Shown: positions 1 to 11,454 of the stretch, one piece after another
Layout: each line of letters opens with the position of its first letter
How positions within the stretch are numbered: position 1 is the stretch's first letter
Assembly (NCBI GenBank): GCA_000934665.2
Contig: KZ538925.1
Location: forward strand, 1 to 40,018
Length of the DNA: 40,018 nt
Source of the DNA: Catajapyx aquilonaris
Lineage: Eukaryota
Direction of reading: 5' to 3'
Notes under the pieces: generated by a model
What the model saw: the letters and a program-made list of their open reading frames with translations, nothing else
Told to the model about the DNA's origin: nothing
Database searches by the model: none
Position numbers and translations under genes: made by a program

Positions 1-256
1 ACTTCATTTGCTAGATGGCTCTGCTGTTGTCAGGTTATGACACATTGCATCGTTGGTTACTATCCGAGCGCCATCTATCAACAAAACAGTCCGCACTATT
101 AGCGCCTCTCGCCTGACGCGTCTGAGCGCACCCGTTCCTTGTCTATGAACCCCCTCTAGATGACGTTTCCGGACACGGGTTCCTATGTCAAAAATACTTG
201 TCTTGGTCCCCTCTATTATCCCTGAAAGTCTTTGCAGAGTTACAATAGACACCCTG
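1..256. mobile_element. Right part of long-TIR Tc1/mariner-type MITE (family M1), truncated by window edge
   Basis: Closely similar to 28826-29078. Ends ...ACACCCTG followed by TA (257-258). Confidence 0.85.
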
Positions 257-261
257 TATAG

Positions 262-576
262 CAGGGTGTCTCAACTTTTTTGTCCGAACAGTTATCGGAA
301 AATTGCACGTAGCTACTACTTTGTAAGCAGTGATTTTTCGGAGGAACGGGGAATATTCCCTGCGTATCGTTAGGCTGAAGTGGCATACCTGCCCGCCGAA
401 AGTTGAGGGTCAAGCCTGGAAAAAAGAGGGTCACACCTGCCATGATATGTGTACCACTCTTCTTCCCCAATCCCCATTCCTCCGACAAATCACCGTTTGC
501 AAGTCACTGCTTACAAAGTAGCAGCTACGTGCCAATTTTCAGATAACCGTTCGGACAAAAAAATTGAGACACCCTC
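262..576. mobile_element. Tc1/mariner-type MITE (family M2)
   Basis: Long imperfect TIRs CAGGGTGTCTCAACTTTTTTGTCCGAAC... / ...GTTCGGACAAAAAAATTGAGACACCCTC, followed by TA. Second copy at 27027-27324. Confidence 0.88.
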
Positions 577-911
577 TATATTTCACAGATGCAAATCAAT
601 GCGGAGGCCTCTACATATGCCACAGGGTAATCATTAGGGGTAGTTTTAAACTGGGAATGCTTTTACCACATTGGACGTGACCTCCGAGGTCATCCTTGGC
701 CGCAGCAGAGGCGAAAGGCAGGAAAGCGCAGGAACCCCGGATATAGCATCGATAGAGGGAGAGATCGAGGATCGAGGGAGAAAAAGAGGGACTTCATGCA
801 CATGCAATATGATCAATTTGCAGGTATGCCAACATTGTATATTGCAAAGGTAACTACCAAATGCTATGGAAAAGAATTTCATAACCAGAGCAACCCCGGG
901 TATCCTGCTAG
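577..911 (+). mobile_element. Probable non-autonomous Helitron (3' end clear, 5' end unresolved)
   Basis: 3' terminus CCAGAGCAACCCCGGG-TATCCTG-CTAG|T (885-912): a degenerate GC hairpin followed by CTAG and T, the same layout as family H1 ends. Confidence 0.55.
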
Positions 912-2997
912 TTAAAAATAAAGCAGTGCCATACCTAATGGTATTAAGTAGAGGACAGCCATTTGCACGCGTGTTGAGTTGAGTTGAAAGCTAAAAATGT
1001 AAGGGGAGTAGTTTGTAATTATGGTAATGCATGCATGGAGAGCAAAACTCGTCCTTTCCGCCTATTTGCTGGGGCCAATTGACTTCCTCCGAGTTGATGT
1101 TATGGGTGTCTCCAGGGGGTGTGAGAGTAGTAGTAGTTTGTCGTGTAAAAAATAATGTGGGTTTCGTGCAGCAAAGCAAGCAGCGTTTGCCTTTTAATTT
1201 ATCGCCATGGGATCTTCCTACGTGAGTCTATAAAAGGTCGGATAATAAAACAAACAAACACGTAAAATAAGTAACGCCAACAGCATATATAGGTTTAATG
1301 AATACAGTTGATTTGTTAAGTCCGCAGATTTTGACGACACAGTTTGGCAAAAATCGTTTCCTCGCAATCAGTCTTGATCTGCTGAAGCCCACAAGGGTTT
1401 TGACGAATGAATGGCAGCCATTAGTCGATCACAAAGGCAGTCTATTGAGGCAAGTCCCAGGGCAAAACCTTCTATAAACCAACCCCCCCTGGAAACACAA
1501 TCCTTCCTCTTCCTTCTTGCTTTTAGACATGGCTTTAATCCCAGGTCCTGCGGTTTTCCAGAGAGAAGCAACTCATGTCTCATGTTTATCAATTCCGGCG
1601 TAGGAGGCCTCGTCTTGCATATATTATTACAACTATATCCAACTGGAGGTAGAGAGATGGGGGCATCCAAAATATCGCAAGGTGAGACACAGTTCAAGGG
1701 AGGGTGGTGGAAAATCCGGGCCTTTCCATCCCCGAAAAGCTGTTTGGCCACGCCCTTTTCCTTCCAGTCGATAAGTGGAGGAACCAGGCCCAAGGGATCC
1801 AAGGATGCTTGTCTTCTTATGGGGGGGAATGTTGGAAAATGTGGGGGAGTCGTTTGCCCAATTTTTCAACGTCAGCTTCTGTCGATGGGTAACCCCCCCT
1901 TCCCCTCTCCTTGTGTTCATGTGCGGACTATTATCTCTGCAGAGGAACGTGTCTCGATCTATCATAGCTGCTGCCAAATCTAGGGGAGGAAAAACACTGC
2001 TGGTACTACACGATTATTAGACAATGATAGGGATTATGTGCAGGTTAGGCTACGTGCCTTGTGGTGGAATGCTTGTTTACATATGTATGGTTGAGCTATT
2101 TGTGTACAAATTTTATCAAATCTCAGACCAAGAGGCTATAGGACCCCATTATTACGGTATGTGTGGAGGCAATTTATTTCATGCTGTTAGCTGCCCATGT
2201 GTGGTGGGGGTCATCATATCTCTTGCCGCCATCTGGTTCATTACTGTAATTCACTTAGCATTATGCTGGCAGTATCCCTGTCCAACTTAATGCAATTTAA
2301 ACTAATGGCCGCAATTTACACCCTGATGCTGTTTAGCCCCCCAAAAAATTGTTGTTCGTATGACAAATAAGTGAATTCAGGCGAATAGTCATGGCCTAGT
2401 TTCGACAAATCTTGAGTGTTTACAGGGCAGTGACTCTGGTTGCATAAGGGTCAGGATATGACTCAAGGTCAGGCGAACTGCATTGCGCTGGCCTCTTCCG
2501 AAGAAAACTTGCACTTAATTCACAGTAATGGGCAGTTAACCTCGTTGGATCATTTAATTAGAACCCGACGCTTTGGGGAAACCCGGCGGATACTTTTAAG
2601 AAACTAAGAAACCCGTTTCTAGCAATGGATTGATGATTGTGTTTGTTACCGATAATTTCATTACAATCTCTTCTCTCTCGGTGCTCCGCCTCGCATTTCG
2701 AGCTCCTTGGAGCCATTACTGCGATTACTCTCGAGGAATTTGCGAAATTTGAGATGATTTGCAAGGTGGTAGTGGCGATGGAGCAGGATAGTGGTCGGAA
2801 GGTTCAGACTTTTTGTCCAAAAACTGGCATTATAAAGATGACATACTATGGGCTCTAACAAACTGTTGCCCATATACAGTACTGTCAGAGCTTCACAAAG
2901 CCACAACAACAGTGTATCTTTGTCCACAAGACAAGATCATGTGGACAAAGTACATAAGATGGACAGTAAATGTTGCGGATACAAACCCTCAATAAGC

Positions 2998-3088
2998 GCC
3001 AAATGCGTCTGACCGTGCCTGGCAGGGCCACAAGACTGACAGTACTGGTGCGGTCACCTCAAAGCCATACAGATGACACCAACAAATT
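2998..3088 (+). repeat. Dispersed repeat fragment, inverted copy at 10349-10438
   Basis: ACCGTGCCTGG...CCACAAG...ACAGTACTGGTGCGGT...CCATACAGATGACACCAACA matches the reverse complement of 10349-10438. Confidence 0.75.
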
Positions 3089-3799
3089 GTCATTGCATTG
3101 TACTAAAACATTTGTGTGCCCTTTATCTGCCGAATAATATACCTGATGAGGCCACCTAATTTATTATTCGCGAAATGCGACTCATTGAATTTGTCACAGA
3201 CCATTACACTCTTCTTCTGTGAAGGAAATGGGCATCTCGCATCGCCCTCTGCCACCAATTCCCAACGACCGTCATTTGAAATTCAAATTTTTTGGGGAGC
3301 TTGCTGAGTGCACTTGCTTCATGGCCCACCCCCAATACCAACCCCCCTGCCCCCACCCTTCTCTTTCGGTTGAAATGAAAGGAACCAGACATTACTGATG
3401 ATGGCATCCAAATGACATGAAACACCCTGTACAGTGATCCTGTCCAGGTCGCCTTATTTTTTATCATCTGTGGATTCCCTTTGGCCGACTGGCCATCAAA
3501 GGGGGCCAATCAAGCCTGAAACCGTCGGAGAGGACCAAAGAAAGGAACAGAAATTTTCCAGCAAAGAAGTCAGTTGGCTCATTTTTCAAACTACTTCTTC
3601 TCTTTCCTGGGAGAGAGAAAAAGCCACAGAAAAAAGAGAGAAAATCGACACAGCCCGGAGACAGACATGGAGATGTATTGCCCAACAATTGACTCCCTTG
3701 ACCTAGTTAACATATATGCACCTGGAGAATGCAATCTTCCAGAGTGGATCATTATTATGCTGTACACGGACTGACTAACAGGCAGGTAGTTTTAAAGCT

Positions 3800-4980
3800 A
3801 TACTGTCAGTAGATATCAAAAGTATTGGCTAAATTCCACCCTTTTGAACAGTTACTGTTAGTAGATATCAAAAGTGTTGGCTAAATTCCACCCTTTTGAA
3901 CAGTTCCTGTTAGGGGAGCTATCAAAAGCATTAGCTGCACAATGCACCCTTTTGACCAGTTATTATACAGTAGTTATTATTCAGGTAGATTTAAACTACT
4001 GTTAGTAGCTATCAAAAGGTATCAGCTACATTTTCCTTTCCGAACAGTTACTGTTAGTGGCTACCAAAATATTAGCTACATTCCTTCTTTTACGCAGTTA
4101 CGGTTAGTTGGTATGAAAAGTATTACAGTTGAATCCGGATATAACAGTTCATTGGACCGTGGAAATTAGTCTGTTATAGCCGAGGCTGTTGTATCCGGAT
4201 TCAACTGTAGCTACATTCACTTAGAAAAAGTTACTGTTAGTAGCTATGAAAATTATTACGTGTTGGCTACATTTCCCATTTTGACCAGTTATCATTATGC
4301 AGAAGCTGTTATACATAGATTTAAAGCTACTGCTAGTAGCTATCAAAAGTATTAGGTACATCTCTCTCGAACTGATGCTAGTGGCTATCGAAAGTATTAG
4401 CTGCATCTCTCCCACTTGAACAGTTATAGTTAGTGGCTATTGAAAGTATTAGCTACATTTCCCCTCTTGAACTGATGCTAGTGGCTATCGAAAGTATTAG
4501 CAACATCTCTCCCACTTGAACAGTTATCGTTAGTGGCTATTGAAAGTATTAGCTACATTTCCTCTCTTGAACATACTGCTTCTAGTGGCTATTAAAAGTA
4601 TTTAAATCTTTTCCCTCTATTGACCAGATGCTGTTAGTGTCTATCAAAAGTATTAGCTACATTTCCCCCTTTGCAACAGTTGCATATAGTAGATTATTAA
4701 CTACATGTCACTTTTTGTACCATTACTGTTAGTAGCTGTCAGAAGCATTAGCTACATTTCCCTCTATTGAACAGATGCTGTTAGTGTCTATCAAAAGTAT
4801 TAGCTACATTTTCCTCTATTGAACAGATGTTGTTAGTGTCTATCAAAAGTATTAGCTACATTTCCCCCTTTGCAACAGTTGCATATAGTAGCTAGTTATT
4901 AAGTCAGTAGCTTTCAAAATTATTAACTACATGTCACTTTTTGTACCATTACTGTTAGTAGCTGTCAGAAGTATTAGCTG
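3800..4980 (+). repeat. Degenerate minisatellite, unit about 50-53 bp (GAACAGTTACTGTTAGTAGCTATCAAAAGTATTAGCTACATTTCCCCTTT)
   Basis: AAAGTATTAGCTACATT recurs at about 50-bp spacing. Higher-order duplications are visible (4371 vs 4471; about 4625-4750 vs 4830-4980). Confidence 0.9.
4126..4207. mobile_element. 82-bp pogo/Tigger-like MITE (family M3) inserted in the minisatellite
   Basis: TA|CAGTTGAATCCGGATATAACAG ... CTGTTGTATCCGGATTCAACTG|TA: TIRs with TA duplication. Confidence 0.85.
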
Positions 4981-5929
4981 CTTCCCCCCCCCCCCACCTT
5001 TTCTGGAGAGGGGGGAGGTCAAAAGCGAGGATGTTGATTGGATTAATCCGAGTGGCTGGTAACTAAATCATTGCGTCCTCCCCTCGCCATTCAGCAAGTG
5101 GATTAGTCCTGTGGACAACCCCCCTCCCCAGCAAACCTTTCTCTCTCTCTCTCTCTCCAGGCCTTGCTCTTAGAGGCCTAAGCACCCCAACTGGCGGCGC
5201 TAAGCGACCAATTTGCATCTAACCAACCTGCCTGTACATATATGCTGCTCCTAGGATTAAATCACCGCCAGTGTTTGCCCCCTCCTGCCCCTGCCTACGA
5301 GTGCCACCAACAAACTATATAATGTGTCCCTGGATGGCTCACTAAACGAGACAGGTTCGGCGCTACTCTTAACCTGATTCGAGTTTGGGCCGCAAATAAC
5401 GTAGTAGCGATATTTGGCTGTGCTACTCATAAAGCGGCGATCGCGACATCAATTTGATTGGTAGCTGCTGTCAGAATGATCGTAACATGAATTACAGGCA
5501 TTTGACTGAGCACAAATAGCTCTGAATTGCATCGTTCCCAGACGTAGCACGTGTCAAAGCTCTGATTGGGTTATTTGAAGGTCTGATTGGAAGAGAGCCA
5601 CGTGCATCACTGGTCGATTGCGCCCGGCTCTCTCTCTCTCTCTCTCTCTCCCTCTCTCCTCTCTCTCCCTTCTCTTTCTGACCTTTAATATTTATGGCTT
5701 AGGTTTTGTGTGGGGTCGGGTTTGAGTGGAGGGGTGGGCCGATCGGAGGCGCTTTTGGGCTGCGGAAGAGAGGCACCTGCCGGGGGAGAAGGGAAGCAAC
5801 TATAGGACCACCCTGTTGATTCGCGGAGGTTCTTTTTGGAAGGAAAATAAAGAGCGGGGGGCTTCCTTTCATAGATTCACTTCGGGCAGTAAGCATCGTC
5901 CAGCAACCAGAAAGCATGTTGCTCGTTAC

Positions 5930-6730
5930 TATAGTAGCAGTTGAAATCACCTACTACAGTTGAAAGTAACTGCTATAGTAGAAATTATTTGCTATGCAAT
6001 TGAAAGTTATACGGTTAAAAGTAACGGTTAAAAGAAATTGCTAGCATTTAAAAGGAACTACTGGAAATAACTTACGCATGAAATAACTACCAAAGATAAA
6101 TGTAGCTGCAATAGAAAAACAACAATTGAAGTTGGAAATAACTGCTGAAATAAAGGAACTGTTCCATATAAACAACTGCTAAAGAAAAGGCAGGCACTAT
6201 AAAAGTAACAGTAACTGCTACAAATCAAGTAATTTCTACAGATAAATAACTGCTAAAGAAAAGGTAGCTGCTATGAAAGTAACAGTAACTGCAGCTGGTA
6301 GTAACTGCTGCAAATCGAGTAATTGTTACAGATAAATAACTCTAAGGTAGCTGCTATAAATAACTACTAAAGATACATGCAGCTGCTATAGAAAAGTAAC
6401 AATTGCAGCTGGAAGTAACTGCTACAAATCAAGTAATTGTTACAGATAAATGACTCAGATAGCTGCTATAGATATCTAAAGATAAATGTATCTGCTACAG
6501 AAAAGTAGCAATTGCAGTTGTAAATAACTGCTACAGAGAAGGTAACTGTTACAGATAAGTAACTATAAGTTGGTTGCTATGGTTAAAAGTAACTGCTAGT
6601 TGGAAGTAACACTGATAAATAATTGTTGAAGGTAGCTGCTATAGATGAAAGTATCGGCTAGTTGGACGTAACTGTTACAGAAAGAGTAAATTACGGTTAA
6701 GAGTTAGTGCTACAGTTGAAAAGAACTGCT
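5930..6730 (-). repeat. Degenerate minisatellite of about 15-bp modules (AAGTAACTGCTATAG / GTAGCTGCTA), inverted relative to 3800-4980
   Basis: GTAACTG and GTAGCTG recur dozens of times. CAAATC(A/G)AGTAATT occurs at about 6220, 6311 and 6426. Confidence 0.85.
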
Positions 6731-7399
6731 ATGCGTTTCTGACATTCTGGCGCTTTAAAGTGTACGTCACGCGTAACGGACTGTGACGCCTGACCGTGAC
6801 GTATAACCAGCTGTCTTCCAGGCACAGGACAAATGTCCTCCAAAAGGAGCTAATTGGTTGGTGGGTGGGTGCGGGGGATGCTGGTGGCCGTGTAAAGATG
6901 GGGAGGTTCCTTTTGTTCGAGTGCCGCCCACCTCCAAGCCCAATTTGGGGCCAATTGAACCCCATGCATCTTGTGCCTAGGGAGGCCCATTCTTGGCCTG
7001 GGAGGGACGAGTGGACTGCCTTTTATTTCCGGGAACAATGGAGGGTAAATTGTTCCGCTGACAGATCACTTCTTGCTGGATATGGTCCTGGGGAGGGAAG
7101 GGGTGGTGAATGGTGCCCACTCGTAATAAATTTTCTTTGGAAAGGGGGGTGGGGGAGTGGAGCCTGGTATTTCTCTCCGACCGGACTTGCAGATTGGTGG
7201 GAATGAGGTCGTCATTCTCAGGTGCTCGCACGTAACACAGACTGTTACGTGGAAATCCAAGCCCAAAAGGGTTCAATGCTATTCTGGACACCCATAACCT
7301 TTAAACGAGCTGGTACACTACCCAAGTTCGATGAACAAAGTTGGCCGGAATTTCTGACCCTAAAACCCAGTACGAAAAGGACCACGATTAGGCCGCGTA

Positions 7400-7561
7400 C
7401 AGTGTCGGACATAAATCGAGGCATACTGCCAGCGACATTTTCCGAAGCGGCAAAAGAAGGAATGTTGCTCGCCAGGCTTGCAGTATCTTTATCTTCGATT
7501 CCTTCTTCTGCCGTTATGGAAAATGTCGCTGGCAGTATGCCTTGATTAATGTCCAACACTG
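7400..7561. mobile_element. 162-bp palindromic TA-flanked MITE (Tc1/mariner superfamily type)
   Basis: TA|CAGTGTCGGACATAAATCGAGGCATACTGCCAGCGACATTTTCC ... GGAAAATGTCGCTGGCAGTATGCCTTGATTAATGTCCAACACTG|TA. Confidence 0.88.
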
Positions 7562-7609
7562 TACCAGTTTCGTAAATTTTTTGATCATATCGGTACTGTA
7601 TCGGTAATT

Positions 7610-8445
7610 TTTTACATAAGTCGGAATCTATACATATCTCCGTATCTACGTAAATCGAGGCTATATAAGACCGGATCTCCTAACTCAAGTCGACGTAACC
7701 CGGGGGGATGCCTCTGTTTTGTAATAAGCACCATATTAGTTCTATAGTTGATCGATATAATAATCATTTCATTTTTACATAAGTCTCGATCTACGTAACT
7801 TTAGGCTACGTAAGTCCAGATCATGGTCTTATAATACTAAGGCCTGGTCACTAGCTCTTATCGCCTGCCGGGGCGTTTTTCATGAGTTGCTCACTTGAGA
7901 GAGCCATGAGACCCCCTTTCACTGCTATATTATGTGGCGACCCTACCGGACCGCGCTGAACTTAGGTAGAAGGGAAGCCGCTACATGCGGGCCCAACATG
8001 GCCTCCGGCGACCCTGTTGGGTCCTCCAATGTAGAGCTTCCCTTTTGTACCTATAAAGTTCAGCGCGGTCCGGTAGGGTCGCCACATAATAGTGAAAGGC
8101 GGTCTCATGGCGCTCTCAAGTGAGCACCTCATGCAAGTCAGGCGGTGAGATAAGATAATATTGGTAGTGTCCGGGCGTTGATCCATGTAACTCGAGGCTG
8201 TGTAAGACCGGATCTACGTAACTCGAGTCTACGTAAGTCGGGGGTGCCTGTTTTGCAATAAGTACAAGTACCACATTGGCCTGTCTGATTTCATAGTATT
8301 ATTTCATTTTTACATCAGTACGGATCTCCGTCACTTTAGGCTACGTAACTCCGGATTTGCGTAACTCGAGGCTACGTAAAACAAGATGACGTAAGTCAAG
8401 ACTGCCTATTTTGCAATAAGTGCCATATTGGCCCATCTGATTCAA
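7610..8445 (+). repeat. Degenerate tandem repeat (about 3 copies of 160-190 bp, each with 15-bp CTACGTAA-containing submodules), split by the 7841-8177 insertion
   Basis: Recurring CTACGTAACTCGAGG modules, TGCCT..TTTTG(C/T)AATAAG...CCA(T/C)ATT at about 7710, 8246 and 8403, and TTTCATTTTTACAT at about 7767 and 8302. Confidence 0.75.
7841..8177. mobile_element. Long palindromic MITE, possibly PIF/Harbinger-type
   Basis: Arms of about 140 bp (CATGAG.TGCTCACTTGAGAG.GCCATGAGACC...ATTATGTGGCGACCCTACCGGACCGCGCTGAACTT and its reverse complement). Termini TAA|GGCCTGGTCACTA ... TAGTGTCCGGGCG|TTG are degenerate, so the superfamily call is tentative. Confidence 0.75.
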
Positions 8446-9227
8446 CATTTCCATCGCTGGGTCCGGTCTGATGTTCACAGAGAGAATGCTAATTACTCCA
8501 GGATTTACCGCGTCCAGACACAAAGCCAACTCTAATGGCTCGTAACTCGGGGGACGACAGTTCATGACTCAATTGAACCCCCCTCTCCCCACCTCCCATT
8601 CCCCCCTGACTCCAACCAGACATCCATTTCCTTCATACTAACTCTCCTGCGGCCGCATTTCACGTCACTTCAAACCCTCCCCGGTATATGGCAACTAGAA
8701 GTACTTGTCCGAAACAGCCTCCATTATTGCGAGTAATTAACCGTGGGGTTGGAGTTGAACTGGTGATTGAGATGCTCCGAATGGTATGACACGGTTGTCA
8801 ATACGGTTGTCAGCGTCGATGGCTATCTGCTGAAGGGAGGCCGGGGAGGGGGGGAGGGGACTTGATTTGCTAAAAAGATTTAAGGGCGACTGAGGGTAAA
8901 TATTTGCACCTGGACACCCCAGCTGGAGCCAAGCCCCCCGATAATTTTTTATCGGCCATTGTTTGTATTGACACTTGAAATATCGGGGGCAACTACTGGC
9001 TCGAAAGAGTGGTGATGAACAACACGGATTGCTCGTTGCCGATCTGCCATAAATTTTTCTGACACGTGATTGGTCCAGGCGACAAATTTTGATGATACTT
9101 TTTAGCGAGCTTAATTGGGCCAGCTGATGATTAAAGTGACCAACGTAAAAAAAATGCAATTGGGTAACAAAATGGAAGTGTTCTTTGTTTATTAGTGCAC
9201 TTCCACCATGTTGAGTATTAGCTGATA

Positions 9228-9910
9228 CAGTTGAATTCGGATATAGCAGACTGGAAAGACCGGTCCATACTTCGATACAGCCCAGTGTATTTTTACTCCT
9301 GATATAACATACTCATATTCACCTCGCCTAGTGGCTACTAGCTGCGGCACCCGGTGTTGCCCGGGAAGAAATTAATGAAGGGAAAAGACCTGCCAGTAGC
9401 CCCGCAACTGTCAGTCTTTCTGTCTGTCCGCACACCAATGCCATCTGTGGTCCTGCTACTCCACCACCTTCAACCTCTCCAGCCTGTATAACGGCAACAG
9501 TCATTTGCCTGCCATCTGTAGTCAACCCCCAACACCTCCATCCTCTCCCGGCCTGGGGGTGGAGCACAGATGGCAGGCAAGTGACGGTTGGCATGCGGAC
9601 AGACAGACAGACAGACTCACAAACGGCTTTATTTACATAGATGACACATAATTTCTTGACCCCTTGAAGGGAAATACGCTTTTATGGTATAAAATTGGCA
9701 AAAGGGAGACGGCAGAAGAAAATTTCGCATTGGGGGGGGGGGTGGGGGGGGCATAATGTTCGGTGGATTTTATTAATCAGTATGTAGCAATATTCATTAT
9801 AGACATATGGAAAGCAGAAAACTTTGTGTACATATACGATGCAAAAGTGACGATTTGGCTATAACAGACCTAGGTGGTTCCTTGAAGTCGGTTATATCCG
9901 GATTAAACTG
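9228..9910. mobile_element. Longer member of pogo/Tigger-like family M3, containing a nested Helitron
   Basis: TA|CAGTTGAATTCGGATATAGC ... GTTATATCCGGATTAAACTG|TA, essentially the same TIR as 4126-4207. Confidence 0.75.
9338..9641 (-). mobile_element. Non-autonomous Helitron family H1, copy 1
   Basis: On the minus strand: A|TCTATGTAAATAAAGCC, a (CTGT)n microsatellite, 3' hairpin CCGGGCAACACCGGG and CTAG|T. The layout resembles Lep1-type insect Helitrons. Three copies in the window. Confidence 0.88.
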
Positions 9911-9950
9911 TAATATTAGATGGAATTAAATCAGGTCGACAATTATTATT

Positions 9951-10286
9951 ATTTATTTTTTTGCCTGTACCCCATTATCGGACCTTGGGCCCTTATTAGG
10001 GGAGTGGTATACCACTATTTTTTGGGAACCATATAATATATATATGTTAATAATTGTTCCAAGGGTAAGTATAGGAGGGGATGTGCAAAGTGCAAGTGCG
10101 CTGTCGTTAATTGGTCATTATGTGAACTCCCCCGGGTGGCTTAGTCTATCGGATATTGCCACCCGAAACGAAGCCAGAGATGGCCCAACTCTGCACGAAA
10201 GAAGGTGGGAACCCCGGGTGGGGATTGAACCCGGGACCTTAACTTCCGTGGGCGCGCGCGTTACCGCGGCGCCACTCCGTCTCCCT
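9951..10286 (-). mobile_element. tRNA-derived SINE (family S1) with 13-bp TSD
   Basis: Minus-strand A-box-like TGGCGCCGCGGTAA (10261-10274) and B box GGTTCAATCCC (10221-10231), A-rich tail, exact direct repeat GACAATTATTATT at 9938-9950 and 10287-10299. Confidence 0.9.
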
Positions 10287-10348
10287 GACAATTATTATTG
10301 CAATTAATATTCAAATTTGCGGAGAGGTGGAGGTGATGGGTGGAGCCA

Positions 10349-10438
10349 TTTGTGTTGGTGTCATCTGTATGGATTCTGGGTAACCGCACCAGTACTGTCC
10401 GGCTTGTGGTCCTTCCAGGCACGGTACGTCGCATTTGC
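10349..10438 (-). repeat. Dispersed repeat fragment, inverted copy of 2998-3088
   Basis: TGTTGGTGTCATCTGTATGG...ACCGCACCAGTACTGTC..CTTGTGG..CCAGGCACGGT. Confidence 0.75.
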
Positions 10439-11454
10439 CCGGTTATTTTAATCTCGAGCCTTAGCTAGCACGGCGCTTATTGTGGGTTGCTATATAGGCC
10501 AACAATGCTGTCCGTCTTGTGCGCCGCAGTCCAACGAACGTTATTGTGGCTTTGCAATTTCCCATAGGCACTCGTTGCCATTTTACCGTGCGATTTTTCA
10601 CATAAATTCGTCAAATAGGTGCATGTCCATGAAGCGTACACATGCAAGCTGCATAACTAGATAACTCTTGCGGCAAGCATGTTCAAAATAGCCACAAACC
10701 GACCAGGCTTTGTGATCCCCTGGTTTTAAAACCTGTTTTTTTTGGGCGACTTATGACAGTTAAACCCCTGCTGGAAAGTAGGTCGCACGCACACACGACA
10801 GGCCACGAAATTTCCAATCCATTGGTGAAATCCTCCCTGACAATCGGAGTATTGTCCTTGGGGGTCAGGCTATACCCCCTACCCAGCAGATCCAATCGAT
10901 TGACCGGGTATATTTTGGATCCTCCCCCTGCCCCCCCCCCCCCACCACACCCAGTACATATAGACTATAAAAGTAGTCTACCCATTTATCAACCCGGAGT
11001 TAATTTCGGAGACCTAAGTGAAAGCTAGTTGTTTTCGTTTTTACCAAAGGTCAACCGCGGACTTGGTGAGGTCTAGGCAACCTGGGAAGCATCTGCGGCT
11101 CCTTTTCAGTCCAAAGCCACACCACCTTCCTGATCCAGCTTCTGAATCGGAGGAAATGAGGAGTGTGAAGTGAATTTGCGATAAGGAGTAAAGGTCTGTG
11201 AAGGGAGGAAAAGCCTGGGCTGGATTCACAAAAGATGCTTATCTTACACGATATTTTAAGGGACCTTTTCGGGGCCTACACAGTTTAGGACGGTCAAAGA
11301 AACAGTCCACAAAAAAATTCCTAAATTATGTAATTTGTTTAATATTAATTTTAATGTATTTCGTTATTTAAATGTCTATTTATTTTGTGGCTTTACTTTT
11401 TATTTTTGTATATTGACATTTTAAAATGAAATTAAATGAAATTTTTATTTTTTA

